A stretch of 24,000 nt of DNA from Desulfobacterales bacterium (GCA_032127815.1 JAQBHK010000368.1:7779-31778); one strand, 5' to 3'; counted from the stretch's first letter, positions 14,342 through 23,903 are shown. Translations and numbers: made by a program. The notes: generated from the letters alone by a model not told the origin.

Positions 14342-15625
14342 ATGAATTCAAAAGAAAGCACGAAGAATTCCGGCCTGCCTGACCCCGGCGAAGGCGGATT
14401 GATTGCCTGTCATGAATGCGATTTTCTGCACAGCAAGCCGCCGATTCCGAAAGGGGGGAAAGCGCTTTGCACCCGATGCGGGGCGTTCCTGTATCAGAAC
14501 ATCCCCAACAGTCTTGAAAAGGTTCTGGCATTGAACCTGGCCGCGTTGCTGCTCCTGATCATGGCCAACGTCTTCCCCTTTGTTTCCCTGAAACTAAGCG
14601 GCCGTGTCGAGACCAACGTTTTGATCTCCGGCGCTCTGGCAATCTACCGTCTGGGCATGCGCGAGGTGGGCGTTTTGGTGCTTCTGACGAGCTTCATATT
14701 CCCCTTTTTGACCATCACGGGGATGCTGTATATCCTTTTTCCCCTGACATTTGGACACCGGCCCTGGAAAATGGCCCCGGTCTATCGACTGGTTCAGGCC
14801 CTGGCACCATGGAGCCTGCTGGGGGTCTTTATGCTCGGCGTCCTGATCGCCATCGTCAAACTGCTCGACCTTGCCACCGTTATCCCGGGTATTTCTCTCT
14901 ATTCATTTGTGGGACTTATGGTGGTATCGGCCGCGGCCAACGCCAATCTGGATGCGTCTCTGCTCTGGCCGCCCATGAGGCTCGAACCGACGGGAAACCA
15001 ATCGGGGGACACGGCGGCCAAACGCGGCCTGATCGCCTGCCACACGTGTGCGCTTCTCGTTCCCGAAACAGGTCAAAACGACCACGGACACGGCGTCTGC
15101 CCCCGCTGCCAAAGCCCGCTCCACAGCCGCAAAGCCAACAGTCTTACGCGGACCTGGGCCCTCATCTGCGCCGCCGCCATTCTTTATATCCCGGCCAACG
15201 TCTACCCGGTCATGACAGTGATTCAATTCGGTCGGGGGAATCCGAATACCATTCTGATCGGCATTGTTCACCTGATTGAAAGCGGCATGTGGGGGCTTGC
15301 CATGATCATTTTCTTTGCCAGCATCGTGGTTCCGGTCCTGAAACTGACTGTGCTCTCCTTTCTCTTGATCACGATTCAGAAAAAGTCTTCGTGGCGTTTC
15401 CGGGATCGCGCCCTCCTCTTTCGCGTCATCGAAGCCGTGGGAGCATGGTCTATGGTAGATGTTTATGTTGTTGCCATTCTGGCCGGACTGGTTAACCTCG
15501 GTGCCCTGTCGACCATCCGACCCGGCATCGGTGTATCGTTCTTTGGCGCTGTGGTAGTTATCACGATGTTCGCTGCCCGCGGCTTTGATCCCCGACTCAT
15601 TTGGGACCATAAGGAAAGACCATGA
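14342..15625 (+). CDS. pqiA: PqiA-family integral membrane protein (two PqiA repeats with zinc-ribbon-like CxxC pairs)
   Basis: About 427 aa. Duplicated architecture GLIACHECDFL..CTRCGA and GLIACHTCALL..CPRCQS, each followed by multiple TM helices. The stop overlaps the pqiB start (ATGA at 15622-15625). Confidence 0.88.
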   Translation: MNSKESTKNSGLPDPGEGGLIACHECDFLHSKPPIPKGGKALCTRCGAFLYQNIPNSLEKVLALNLAALLLLIMANVFPFVSLKLSGRVETNVLISGALAIYRLGMREVGVLVLLTSFIFPFLTITGMLYILFPLTFGHRPWKMAPVYRLVQALAPWSLLGVFMLGVLIAIVKLLDLATVIPGISLYSFVGLMVVSAAANANLDASLLWPPMRLEPTGNQSGDTAAKRGLIACHTCALLVPETGQNDHGHGVCPRCQSPLHSRKANSLTRTWALICAAAILYIPANVYPVMTVIQFGRGNPNTILIGIVHLIESGMWGLAMIIFFASIVVPVLKLTVLSFLLITIQKKSSWRFRDRALLFRVIEAVGAWSMVDVYVVAILAGLVNLGALSTIRPGIGVSFFGAVVVITMFAARGFDPRLIWDHKERP

Positions 15626-17322
15626 TAAAAGATCCCCATACAGAACCAGACGCAGACGCAACGGCTCCTGCACCCAAGATCAAGAAAAAGTCCGGACCGT
15701 CTATAGTGTGGCTGATACCGCTGATTACCGCCATTATCGGTGGTTGGCTCATCTTCAAGACAATCTCGGAAAAGGGACCGGAAATTACCATCACCTTCAA
15801 AACAGCGGAAGGGATCGAGGCCGGAAAGACCAAGATCAAGTACAAGGAGATTGAGATAGGGGTGGTGGACTCGGTGCATTTTAGCAAGGACTTCTCCCAC
15901 ATCATTGTGAAGGCCGGTATGGAAAAGGAGTCAGCGTCATTCCTTCGGCGTGACACCCGCTTCTGGGTGGTCAGGCCCCAACTCACCCTGCGTGGTGCAT
16001 CGGGCCTCGGTACTTTGCTTTCGGGAGCCTATATCGAGATCGAGCCGGGTCAGGGGGCATACCATAATCGTTTTGCCGGGCTTGACGTCCCGCCGGTGGT
16101 CAAAGCCGAAGTGGCGGGGAAAAAAATCCTGCTCATGGCCAAAAAGCTGGGCTCCATCGGCAACGGTTCACCTATCTACTATCAGGGGATTCTGGCCGGT
16201 GAAATTCTCGGGTGGGAGCTTGGAAACGACCGCAAGAGTATTTTTCTGCATGCCTTTATCAAAGCGCCCTATGATGAGCTTGTTCGGAGCAATACCCGCT
16301 TCTGGAATGTGAGCGGAATGAACGTTTCCGTAGGGGCGGACGGTATTATCGTGCGAACGGAATCGGTCCAGTCTCTTCTTTATGGGGGGATCGCTTTTGA
16401 TACCCCGGAGACGCTTGAACGGGTAACGGAGGATGTGGAAGGCCTGGTGTTCACCCTTTATGACAGTCTTGAGAGCATTCATGAGGAGGCGTTCAGCAAG
16501 AAGATTAAGTTTATTCTTTTCTTTGACGGTTCTGTTCGGGGCCTGAACGTAGGCGCTCCTGTTGAGTTCAAGGGGATCAAGGTCGGATCGGTGAAAGACG
16601 TTCGCCTGGAATTCGACAAACGCAACACCTCCTTTCGGATTCCGGTTCTGATAGAGATCGAACCCGAACGGGTCATCGCGCGAGGCCAAGATGAGGACAC
16701 ATCTCCATACGAGACCTTAAAAAATCTGGTCTACCGTGGCTTGCGCGCCCGGTTACAGACCGGCAGCCTCCTCACCGGGCAGCTGTTCGTGGAGCTTGAC
16801 ATGCATCCCGGCACCCCTATCCGGCTGGCGAACGAAGAGGTACCCTTTCCGGAGCTGCCCACCATTCCGGCCGAACTGGAACAGATGACCACATCGGTTA
16901 AAAGTATCCTCGCCAAGCTGGAAAAAGTGGACATGGAAAAGATCGGCGCGGAACTCATAGGGAGCCTTCAGGGGGCGCAACAACTGATCACCAATCCGGG
17001 ACTTAGGGACTCCGCCAACGATCTGAAGGAATCTTTGCTTGCGTTCAAAAGTATCCTGCGCAAACTGGATCAGCGTGTCGAACCGATTGCGGTGAATCTG
17101 GAAAAAGCCATTGGGGCCGGTCATCAGGCGTTGGAAGAAACCCGGGTCACATTGGGTTTGATTGACGAAGTTCTCAAACCCGATTCCCCCATTCAATACA
17201 ATTTTGGACAGTTAACCGAGGAGTTGGCCGAGACGGCCCGTTCCATACGTACCCTTGTGGATTTGTTAGAGCGAAATCCCAACGCTATTATTTTCGGCAA
17301 GGATTCTCCAGGAGGGGAATGA
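15622..17322 (+). CDS. pqiB: PqiB-family MCE-domain protein (multiple MCE domains plus C-terminal helical region)
   Basis: 566 aa. N-terminal TM (IVWLIPLITAIIGGWLIF). Repeated MCE-type blocks (GIEAGKTKIKYKEIEIGVV, SIGNGSPIYYQGILAGEI, GLNVGAPVEFKGIKVGSV). Long helical C-terminus. Confidence 0.88.
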   Translation: MIKDPHTEPDADATAPAPKIKKKSGPSIVWLIPLITAIIGGWLIFKTISEKGPEITITFKTAEGIEAGKTKIKYKEIEIGVVDSVHFSKDFSHIIVKAGMEKESASFLRRDTRFWVVRPQLTLRGASGLGTLLSGAYIEIEPGQGAYHNRFAGLDVPPVVKAEVAGKKILLMAKKLGSIGNGSPIYYQGILAGEILGWELGNDRKSIFLHAFIKAPYDELVRSNTRFWNVSGMNVSVGADGIIVRTESVQSLLYGGIAFDTPETLERVTEDVEGLVFTLYDSLESIHEEAFSKKIKFILFFDGSVRGLNVGAPVEFKGIKVGSVKDVRLEFDKRNTSFRIPVLIEIEPERVIARGQDEDTSPYETLKNLVYRGLRARLQTGSLLTGQLFVELDMHPGTPIRLANEEVPFPELPTIPAELEQMTTSVKSILAKLEKVDMEKIGAELIGSLQGAQQLITNPGLRDSANDLKESLLAFKSILRKLDQRVEPIAVNLEKAIGAGHQALEETRVTLGLIDEVLKPDSPIQYNFGQLTEELAETARSIRTLVDLLERNPNAIIFGKDSPGGE

Positions 17323-17963
17323 TGATGCTTTCATTTTTAAGAATCCGGTTGGTTTTGGTTTTTGTGCTGGCGGGCGGCTTCTTGACCGGTTGTGTGACGG
17401 CAACCACCCCGGCTACCCGATTCTACGTCCTTAATTCTCTGACTCCCGGTGCCGGTCTTTCCCGTGACGCCGGCCTGAACGGCGAGCTGTCCGTGGAGGT
17501 CGCCTCGCTGCGCTTGCCCCAGTACCTGGAAAGACCACAGATCGTTACCCGGAGCAGCGGAAACCGTCTGGAACTGGCGGAACTTCATCAGTGGGGAGGG
17601 AACCTGAGTAAGAATATGATGAGGGTCCTCGCAAAAAACTTTTCCCAGTTTCTTGACACCCCCAACATCGCTATCTCCCCCCGTCGCCCGTTAATTCCCC
17701 CTGATTTTCTCGTTGAATTGGAGGTGATGCAGTTCGAAAGAGACTCCCATGGACAGGTGCGGCTCTCCGTCCAGTGGCGCTTATCGCGCGGAAAGGATCG
17801 AATGCCTCTGGCAACCCATATGACCGATCTCGCGAGTGCAACGGTGCCCGCGGGCCCGGATTTCGAGCATACGGTGTCGGCTATGAGTACTCTTTTAGGC
17901 GAATTGAGCCAAATCATCGGCCTAGAGATCGTGAAAAACGTCAACAGGAGATCCGATCCATGA
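17319..17963 (+). CDS. pqiC: PqiC/YmbA-like lipoprotein (ABC-type transport auxiliary component family)
   Basis: 214 aa. Lipobox FLTGC, then RFYVL..LPQYLERPQIVTR typical of the family. ATGA overlaps on both sides (17319-17322 and 17960-17963). Confidence 0.75.
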   Translation: MMMLSFLRIRLVLVFVLAGGFLTGCVTATTPATRFYVLNSLTPGAGLSRDAGLNGELSVEVASLRLPQYLERPQIVTRSSGNRLELAELHQWGGNLSKNMMRVLAKNFSQFLDTPNIAISPRRPLIPPDFLVELEVMQFERDSHGQVRLSVQWRLSRGKDRMPLATHMTDLASATVPAGPDFEHTVSAMSTLLGELSQIIGLEIVKNVNRRSDP

Positions 17964-18913
17964 GCTGGAAGAGGATGTCGCGTCGACAGGCGGGTTTAAC
18001 GGCAAACCGATGGCCGCACACCCGGCTGCCCGGGATTCTTCTGATCCTGGGGCTGCTTTCCCTTCCGGTCTTTTCCAAATCGCTTTTAGCCGATGAGACA
18101 TGGACAGGACGGACCATCATGGATGAGGCTTTCAAACGTCATGAACTGTTCCCTTACGTCTTTGAAAAACAGACCATGATCCTAATCGACAGCGCGGAGA
18201 ACCGCGACGTCAGGAAGGCGCGTCGTTTCTCCAGGGTGGAACCGGATGCAACGGTCAAATATCTTCTGATCTTCGACCACCCGGCCGAGATCCGCGGCGT
18301 CGCACTGCTGGCGATTCGTCACCCATCCGGTCGGATAGAAAGCAAGATCTATCTGCCCGCGTTCGGAAAGGAACTGAAATCCACTGCGGGGAAAAGCAGA
18401 GGCAATCATTTTTTGGGCACCGATTTTGCTATCGAGGACCTTACGGCGGAGGTTTTATCGGATTTTCGTTACGTCCGAAAGACGGATGACAAGATCGGAA
18501 AGTTCCTCTATTTCGTCGTTGAAGCCTTTCCAAAGGATCCGGAGATCGAAAGAGATACGGGTTACGGCTTGCGTCGACACTTTATTCGACAGGACATCTT
18601 TTACATTGTTCGTACCGATTACTATGATCCCCGCGGACGGTTTTTGAAACGCCGAACCTGCCACGATCTGAAAATGGTGGGTGGTACCATGTGGCGCGCC
18701 AATATGATCCTTATGGAAAACAACAAAGAACAGCATAAAACGTTGATCAAAATTAACCAGAGAGTTTTTTCCCATGATTACGTACCCCCGGAAATGTTTA
18801 CTTCTGAATGGCTTTTAGAGAACCGACACGTTCAGAGCACTGAAAAGCGTCTTTTTCAGGACACTTTTGAATCTTTGGGGGAAAATGATACCGAGCTTAA
18901 AGATAGCCCTTAG
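17960..18913 (+). CDS. Exported LolA-like outer-membrane lipoprotein-sorting family protein
   Basis: I place the start at ATG 17960, which overlaps the pqiC stop; the track start at 17774 lies inside pqiC. Signal peptide LPGILLILGLLSLPVFSKSLLA. The motif IYLPAFGKELKSTAGKSRGNHFLGTDFAIEDL matches the LolA-like family usually found beside MMPL/RND exporters. Confidence 0.6.
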   Translation: MSWKRMSRRQAGLTANRWPHTRLPGILLILGLLSLPVFSKSLLADETWTGRTIMDEAFKRHELFPYVFEKQTMILIDSAENRDVRKARRFSRVEPDATVKYLLIFDHPAEIRGVALLAIRHPSGRIESKIYLPAFGKELKSTAGKSRGNHFLGTDFAIEDLTAEVLSDFRYVRKTDDKIGKFLYFVVEAFPKDPEIERDTGYGLRRHFIRQDIFYIVRTDYYDPRGRFLKRRTCHDLKMVGGTMWRANMILMENNKEQHKTLIKINQRVFSHDYVPPEMFTSEWLLENRHVQSTEKRLFQDTFESLGENDTELKDSP

Positions 18914-18947
18914 CCAATCTTTTAGATAAAAATTAAGATAGCCGATT

Positions 18948-21749
18948 ATGTTTTCCCGATTTATCATGCTGGGAGTCAGCCGCCGCTTGGCCACGCTATT
19001 ATTCTTGGTGATGGTGACATGCATCACCGGGTTTGGCCTGCCCAAGCTCCGCATAGACACCGGCTTCAATAGTCTGATCTCGAGCACCGACCCGGACAAG
19101 CCGATTTACGATCGGATCGCCCGGGAGTTCGGCTCAGACAACTGCACCATCGTCTACGTTCGGGACAAGGCGCTCTGGTCGCCGGATAAGTTGGCCGCCT
19201 TAGAGAAGCTGCACTACCAACTGGAGGGGCTCGATTTCGTGGAACGTGTGGACGACCTTTTCAGTTTGCGCAGTATCCGGGGGGCCGGAGGAAAAATAGA
19301 CTCCCGTATTTTTCTGCCGAAAGCCCCCACCGACCAGGCCGCCATCGATCAAGCCAGGGCTGACGCGCTTTACAATCCTCTCATTGAGGGTAACTTTGTA
19401 TCCCGCGACGGAACCGTGACGGCATTACTGGTTTCCGTGCGAGAAGACCGGGAAGACGTCAGCTTCGACCGTCGGGTCAACCAAGCCCTGGAACGGATTC
19501 TCACACCGGCGCGATCCGTTTTCCAGGAGGTGTTTCAAGTCGGCCCGCCCCGCATCAACGCGGAGCTCAAATCCATACTCCTGGATGATCTCATGAAACT
19601 GGGTCCGCTGTCGGCTTTCGTTCTCGTAGCGGCGATCCTCTTTTTCCTTCGCAGCGGGTTTGCCGCATGGGTACCTCTGGCCACCTCAGGCCTCAGCATC
19701 GCATGGACTTTTGGAATGATGGGTTGGGCCGGCATTCCGCTCAACATTCTGAGTGCCATGTTACCCACCCTGGTCGTGGTCATCGGTTCCACCGAGGACA
19801 CCCATATGATGTCGTCCTATTTCCACGGCGTCTCCCAAGCCAAAGAGGACCACCGTGGTTTCGCCACCCACTGTATGATGAGACATTTGGGAGTGCCGTT
19901 GCTCTTGACCATCCTCACCACGGCGTTGGGCTTTGCGAGCAACATCTTCAGCAGCATCCGGCTCATTCAACACTTTGCCATTGCTGCCACCTTTGCGATT
20001 CTGGCAAACGGAATGATCACCATACTGTTTGTCCCCATGGTTTTAAGCGTCATGGGCCCTCTCCGGACCGGGCTCTTTCAAGGCGGGAATCGGGTGTCCG
20101 GTCTGCCAAAATTGTTTGTCCGGATGTTCGGCTTTACAAAACGCCGTTTTCCACGCTCGATCCTGGTGGTGACGGCCATTTTATGCGCCTTCTTTGTTTA
20201 CCAACTCTCCAAACTGTATGTCACCAACGATCCCTTGTCCTATTTTCAAAAGGACCAGCCGCTTATCCGGGACACCCAACGGATCCACCAGGACTTGTCC
20301 GGCTTGAAGATATTCTTTATTACCTTAGAGTCTGACCAGGAAAAGGCGTTTCAGGTGCCCAAAAACATTGAAAAACTGGTCGCCATCCAGAAGTTTCTAA
20401 AGCAACAGGGGATATTTGATCGAAGCATATCTCTGGCCGACCACCTCTCCCTTGTCAACCGCGAGTTTCACGGGGGTAACCCCGAGTACTTTACGGTGCC
20501 GAAACGGCGTAAGCTCGTCGCCCAGTACCTGCTCTTTTTTCATCGCCGGGATCTTGAAAGTTACGTCAGCCATGATTTTCGGCGTGCCAACATTGTGGTT
20601 CGACACAACGTCAGCGATTCCAATACCCTGAACCGTTACATAGGCGAGCTCAAAGAAGTGGTATCAAACATCGCCGGGGGCCAAATGAATGCTCACGTGG
20701 TCGGTGAAAACCTGATGATCAACGCTGCCGCCGAAAGCCTTATGGTGGCCCAGGTTAAATCCCTGGCCATTCTGCTTTTCGTGATCTTTTTAATAATGTC
20801 GGCCATGTTTACCTCCTTCAAAGGCGGGATCATCTCCCTCATTCCCAGCCTGATCCCCATCATTCTGATGTTCGGCGTTATGGGGCTTTTGGAGATTCCT
20901 TTGAATCCGGGCACCGCCATGGTGGCGGTCATCGCCATCGGCATCGCCATTGACGGGACCATCCACCTTTTTTCCCGCTACATCGAACTATGCCGGCGAA
21001 CCTCCGATTACGAAGAAGCGGTGAACATCACGGTTCAGGAAGAGGCCACGCCCATGGTCGCCACCAGTCTGGCCCTGGCATTGGGGTTCGGCGTCCTCAT
21101 CACGTCCAATTTTACCGTAATTGCACAGTTCGGCGCCTTGTCCGCCGCCACCATGCTTTTTTCAATCTTCGCCAACCTTTTAATCACCCCGATCATCATG
21201 TTGAGAATCCGTTTGGTTGGTCTCCACCAGATCCTGGCCTTGTCCATGCATAAAGAGGTCCTTGAAAAAAGCCCGCTCTTTGTGGGCATGTCCAACTACC
21301 AGATGCGCAAGGCCATCCTGATATCGGAATCGCAAGAGTTTGCGGAAGGGGAACTGCTGGTGGAGCAGGGAACGGTGGGACGGAAAATGTACCTGATCTT
21401 GTCCGGTCAAGTCGATGTCGTGCGTCGCAGCGAGAACAAATCCAAAAGCGTTGCGGTCCTGAAAGCGGGAGAGGTTTTCGGCGAGATCGGATACATAAGA
21501 GAGGCCCACCGAACCGCCGACGTTCGGGCCTTGACCCGGGTGGAGGTCCTGCGGTTCGATTATAAAAAACTCAAAAAAGACCTTAAGTTTTTTCCCCACA
21601 TCGTCGCCAATCTCAACTTTAATATCAGCTGCATTCTCGGCGAGCGCTTGGCCGACGTGATGGATGTGATGGACGGGATGGGACCTCAGCCGGAAAAAGA
21701 GAAACACGCTGCACCTGAGCCGTCCGGAGATAAAGAGCCCCTCGATTAA
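18948..21749 (+). CDS. MMPL/RND-superfamily (COG1033-type) exporter fused to a C-terminal cyclic-nucleotide-binding domain
   Basis: 933 aa. Two pseudo-repeats, each a large periplasmic loop followed by a TM bundle (GSTEDTHMMS and AIGIAIDGTIHLFSRY blocks). A C-terminal region of about 170 aa carries FGEIGYIREAHRTADVRA, a CAP/PKA-type phosphate-binding cassette. Confidence 0.85.
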   Translation: MFSRFIMLGVSRRLATLLFLVMVTCITGFGLPKLRIDTGFNSLISSTDPDKPIYDRIAREFGSDNCTIVYVRDKALWSPDKLAALEKLHYQLEGLDFVERVDDLFSLRSIRGAGGKIDSRIFLPKAPTDQAAIDQARADALYNPLIEGNFVSRDGTVTALLVSVREDREDVSFDRRVNQALERILTPARSVFQEVFQVGPPRINAELKSILLDDLMKLGPLSAFVLVAAILFFLRSGFAAWVPLATSGLSIAWTFGMMGWAGIPLNILSAMLPTLVVVIGSTEDTHMMSSYFHGVSQAKEDHRGFATHCMMRHLGVPLLLTILTTALGFASNIFSSIRLIQHFAIAATFAILANGMITILFVPMVLSVMGPLRTGLFQGGNRVSGLPKLFVRMFGFTKRRFPRSILVVTAILCAFFVYQLSKLYVTNDPLSYFQKDQPLIRDTQRIHQDLSGLKIFFITLESDQEKAFQVPKNIEKLVAIQKFLKQQGIFDRSISLADHLSLVNREFHGGNPEYFTVPKRRKLVAQYLLFFHRRDLESYVSHDFRRANIVVRHNVSDSNTLNRYIGELKEVVSNIAGGQMNAHVVGENLMINAAAESLMVAQVKSLAILLFVIFLIMSAMFTSFKGGIISLIPSLIPIILMFGVMGLLEIPLNPGTAMVAVIAIGIAIDGTIHLFSRYIELCRRTSDYEEAVNITVQEEATPMVATSLALALGFGVLITSNFTVIAQFGALSAATMLFSIFANLLITPIIMLRIRLVGLHQILALSMHKEVLEKSPLFVGMSNYQMRKAILISESQEFAEGELLVEQGTVGRKMYLILSGQVDVVRRSENKSKSVAVLKAGEVFGEIGYIREAHRTADVRALTRVEVLRFDYKKLKKDLKFFPHIVANLNFNISCILGERLADVMDVMDGMGPQPEKEKHAAPEPSGDKEPLD

Positions 21750-21820
21750 CCGCTATAAAATATTTTTGCTAAAATACTATAATCGGCATTTCCATGGAAA
21801 AATCCATTTGTGGACGGTAA

Positions 21821-22597
21821 CTATCTCAGGAGTTGAAAGTACCAGTAAATAAGGCTCTGGCCGAAGAAAATATAGGTAACGGCGCCGATGGCCAGAAACG
21901 GGCCGAAGGGGACGGCAAATTTCATATTTTTACCTTTGGCCAGCATGACCGTCAGGCCAACCACGGTTCCCACGGCAGATGAAACGAAAATTGTGAACAG
22001 CACGCCTTTCCAGCCGACAATGGTTCCGATCATTGCCAAAAGCTTTATATCGCCGCCCCCCATACCTTCCTTGCGAGTCAAAAGATGATAAACCCAGGCT
22101 ACAATGAAAAGGCTTCCGCCTCCGGCCAGCAAGCCCAGGGCAGACTCTTTAAACGTAACTCCCGGCAGAGCTAAAGAAGCGATGAGGCCGATTGGAATTC
22201 CGGGGATTGAAATCACATTCGGTATGATCTTGTGGTCTATATCGATAAAGGTTATGACTAAAAGTACGGCGATGAATACAAAATATATAAGGCCTTCAAG
22301 GGTTAAACCAAAGGCAAAAAAGGCGCTGGCGGCAGCGAGACCGGCCAGCGTTTCAACCAAAGGATAGCGCCAGGATATCGGTTCACTGCAGTGGCGGCAC
22401 CTGCCTTTCAGCCACAGATAACTTAAGACAGGAATATTATCGTAATACTTTATCGTGTTATCACAGCTGGGACATGCTGAACGCGGGGGGTCGGCAATAG
22501 ATTTTTCAAGTGGAAGCCGGTAAATGCAAACGTTCATAAAACTTCCGATGCACATACCGAATAAAAAAATATAAATTACAAGAAATATATTAGACAT
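21821..22597 (-). CDS. pilD: Type IV prepilin peptidase / N-methyltransferase (A24 family)
   Basis: 258 aa. N-terminal CPSCDNTI...CRHC zinc motif. Two catalytic Asp contexts (ITFIDIDHKIIPN and GMGGGDIKLLAMIG). Confidence 0.9.
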   Translation of the reverse strand: MSNIFLVIYIFLFGMCIGSFMNVCIYRLPLEKSIADPPRSACPSCDNTIKYYDNIPVLSYLWLKGRCRHCSEPISWRYPLVETLAGLAAASAFFAFGLTLEGLIYFVFIAVLLVITFIDIDHKIIPNVISIPGIPIGLIASLALPGVTFKESALGLLAGGGSLFIVAWVYHLLTRKEGMGGGDIKLLAMIGTIVGWKGVLFTIFVSSAVGTVVGLTVMLAKGKNMKFAVPFGPFLAIGAVTYIFFGQSLIYWYFQLLR

Positions 22598-22833
22598 GGT
22601 TTCAATGTATTGATGGATAAAATGTTGACCATATTTCTAAATCAAAAAAAAAAATATCGCAAGTACTTATAATCACAGGGGTCATCAATATTGATGCATT
22701 TACAAAATGCCGAATTCATCACGGTTTAGGTTTTAAGTGAATCAAAGCAGCTTGAATTTTTGCCTCGATAAGGGTAGTATGCCCATGAAAGATTGATGAA
22801 TTCGCAGGGAGCTTAATTGTAATTTTTATATTG

Positions 22834-23076
22834 GACAGGATTAACAGGATTGATTGGATCTATTACTTTCTCGGTTTCCAGACGAAACCGAGAAAAAGCC
22901 ATCCCGCTTTCAGCGGGAAATGAAAGCCAAAGAGACCGATTGTATTGTAGCCGAACGTTCATGTCGCTCCTTTGTTGTATTTTTATAGATAAATGAACTC
23001 CCTTGAAGGGGGATATAGGATTTTGCCTTGCTTCTGGAAAGGCAAAAAAAATCCTGAAATTCCTGTAGATCCTGTC
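22834..23076. mobile_element. MITE-like non-coding element, ACAGGAT-repeat TIR family, copy B
   Basis: TIRs are GACAGGATTAACAGGATTGATTGGATCT and, as reverse complement of the right end, GACAGGATCTACAGGAATTTCAGGATTT. Internal perfect hairpin 22867-22878 / 22884-22895, plus CCCGC..GCGGG and TTTTGCCTT..AAGGCAAAA hairpins. The track ORFs across it are implausible. Confidence 0.5.
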
Positions 23077-23146
23077 TAAATAAGACATAAATTGAAATAT
23101 TTGCCCTCAGATTCTCCAGAGGAACCAATACTTGAAGGTGAGGCCT

Positions 23147-23845
23147 ATGAACATCAAGCAATTTAGATATTCAACGGACAACTTAGGTTATTTGGTATAC
23201 GGCAAGCAGCTGGCCGGGGCCATTGACGGCGGGGCGACGGATGCCATCCTTGATTTTATCGCCGACAAAGGGCTTAGCTTAAAATGGGTAACCAACACCC
23301 ATGCTCACGCGGACCACACTACAGGAAACAAGGCCCTTCTGGCCGCTTCCGGCGCTGAATATCTGGCCGGTGCAGCCCTGCGCAGCGATCGGATCATCGA
23401 GCTTGAAGATGTGAAAATTGATGTCTATCAGACCCCGGGGCACACCAAAGATTCAGTTACCTTCGGCCTTGGCAACACGCTTATCACCGGTGACACACTC
23501 TTTAACGGTACCATCGGAAACTGTTTTTCCGGAGACCTGCAAGGTTTTTTTCATTCGATCAAAATGTTAATGGCGTTTCCCGCAAAGACCGTAATATACG
23601 CCGGGCACGATTATGTGCAGGAATCGTTGGCTTTTGCCAAGGCCCTGGAACCTGACAACCGCGATATAGACTATTTTCTAAAAACGTATGACCCGGCGCA
23701 CGTGCGTTCAACACTGCAAGACGAATTTAAAATTAATCCCTGTCTTAGGTTTAATGACGAAAAGATAATTCTGATGCTCAAGGCAAGAGGGCTGCAAACG
23801 GCCTCGGAATATGAGCGCTTCGAGTCGGTCTGTTCTGTTGAATGA
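23147..23845 (+). CDS. Metallo-beta-lactamase-fold hydrolase (glyoxalase II-like)
   Basis: ATG at 23147 after a GGTGAGG RBS. THAHADH metal motif, TPGHT, later GHDY. Confidence 0.85.
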   Translation: MNIKQFRYSTDNLGYLVYGKQLAGAIDGGATDAILDFIADKGLSLKWVTNTHAHADHTTGNKALLAASGAEYLAGAALRSDRIIELEDVKIDVYQTPGHTKDSVTFGLGNTLITGDTLFNGTIGNCFSGDLQGFFHSIKMLMAFPAKTVIYAGHDYVQESLAFAKALEPDNRDIDYFLKTYDPAHVRSTLQDEFKINPCLRFNDEKIILMLKARGLQTASEYERFESVCSVE

Positions 23846-23903
23846 TGATGGCGTTGTAAAAAGGAAATTTATATATGTTCAAATTAAATAGTAGAGAAAC
23901 TCA

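Noticed and set aside
14127-14342. 71-aa TTG-initiated ORF upstream of pqiA, plus a 51-aa minus-strand ORF in the same interval (MFQDLDAERF...)
   Set aside because: Neither has an RBS, a recognisable motif or coding-like composition. The interval is more plausibly the pqi promoter/leader region.
17774-17959. Upstream extension of the LolA-like ORF (track start 17774)
   Set aside because: The extension lies entirely within pqiC in another frame. The in-frame ATG at 17960 gives a normal signal peptide and repeats the ATGA coupling seen at the other junctions.
22640-22652. Homopolymeric A run (11 A) upstream of pilD, and an A9 run inside msrAB (6662-6670), as phase-variation tracts
   Set aside because: The first is intergenic with no defined promoter spacing role. 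The second simply encodes KKK in frame. There is no evidence of variability from a single sequence.
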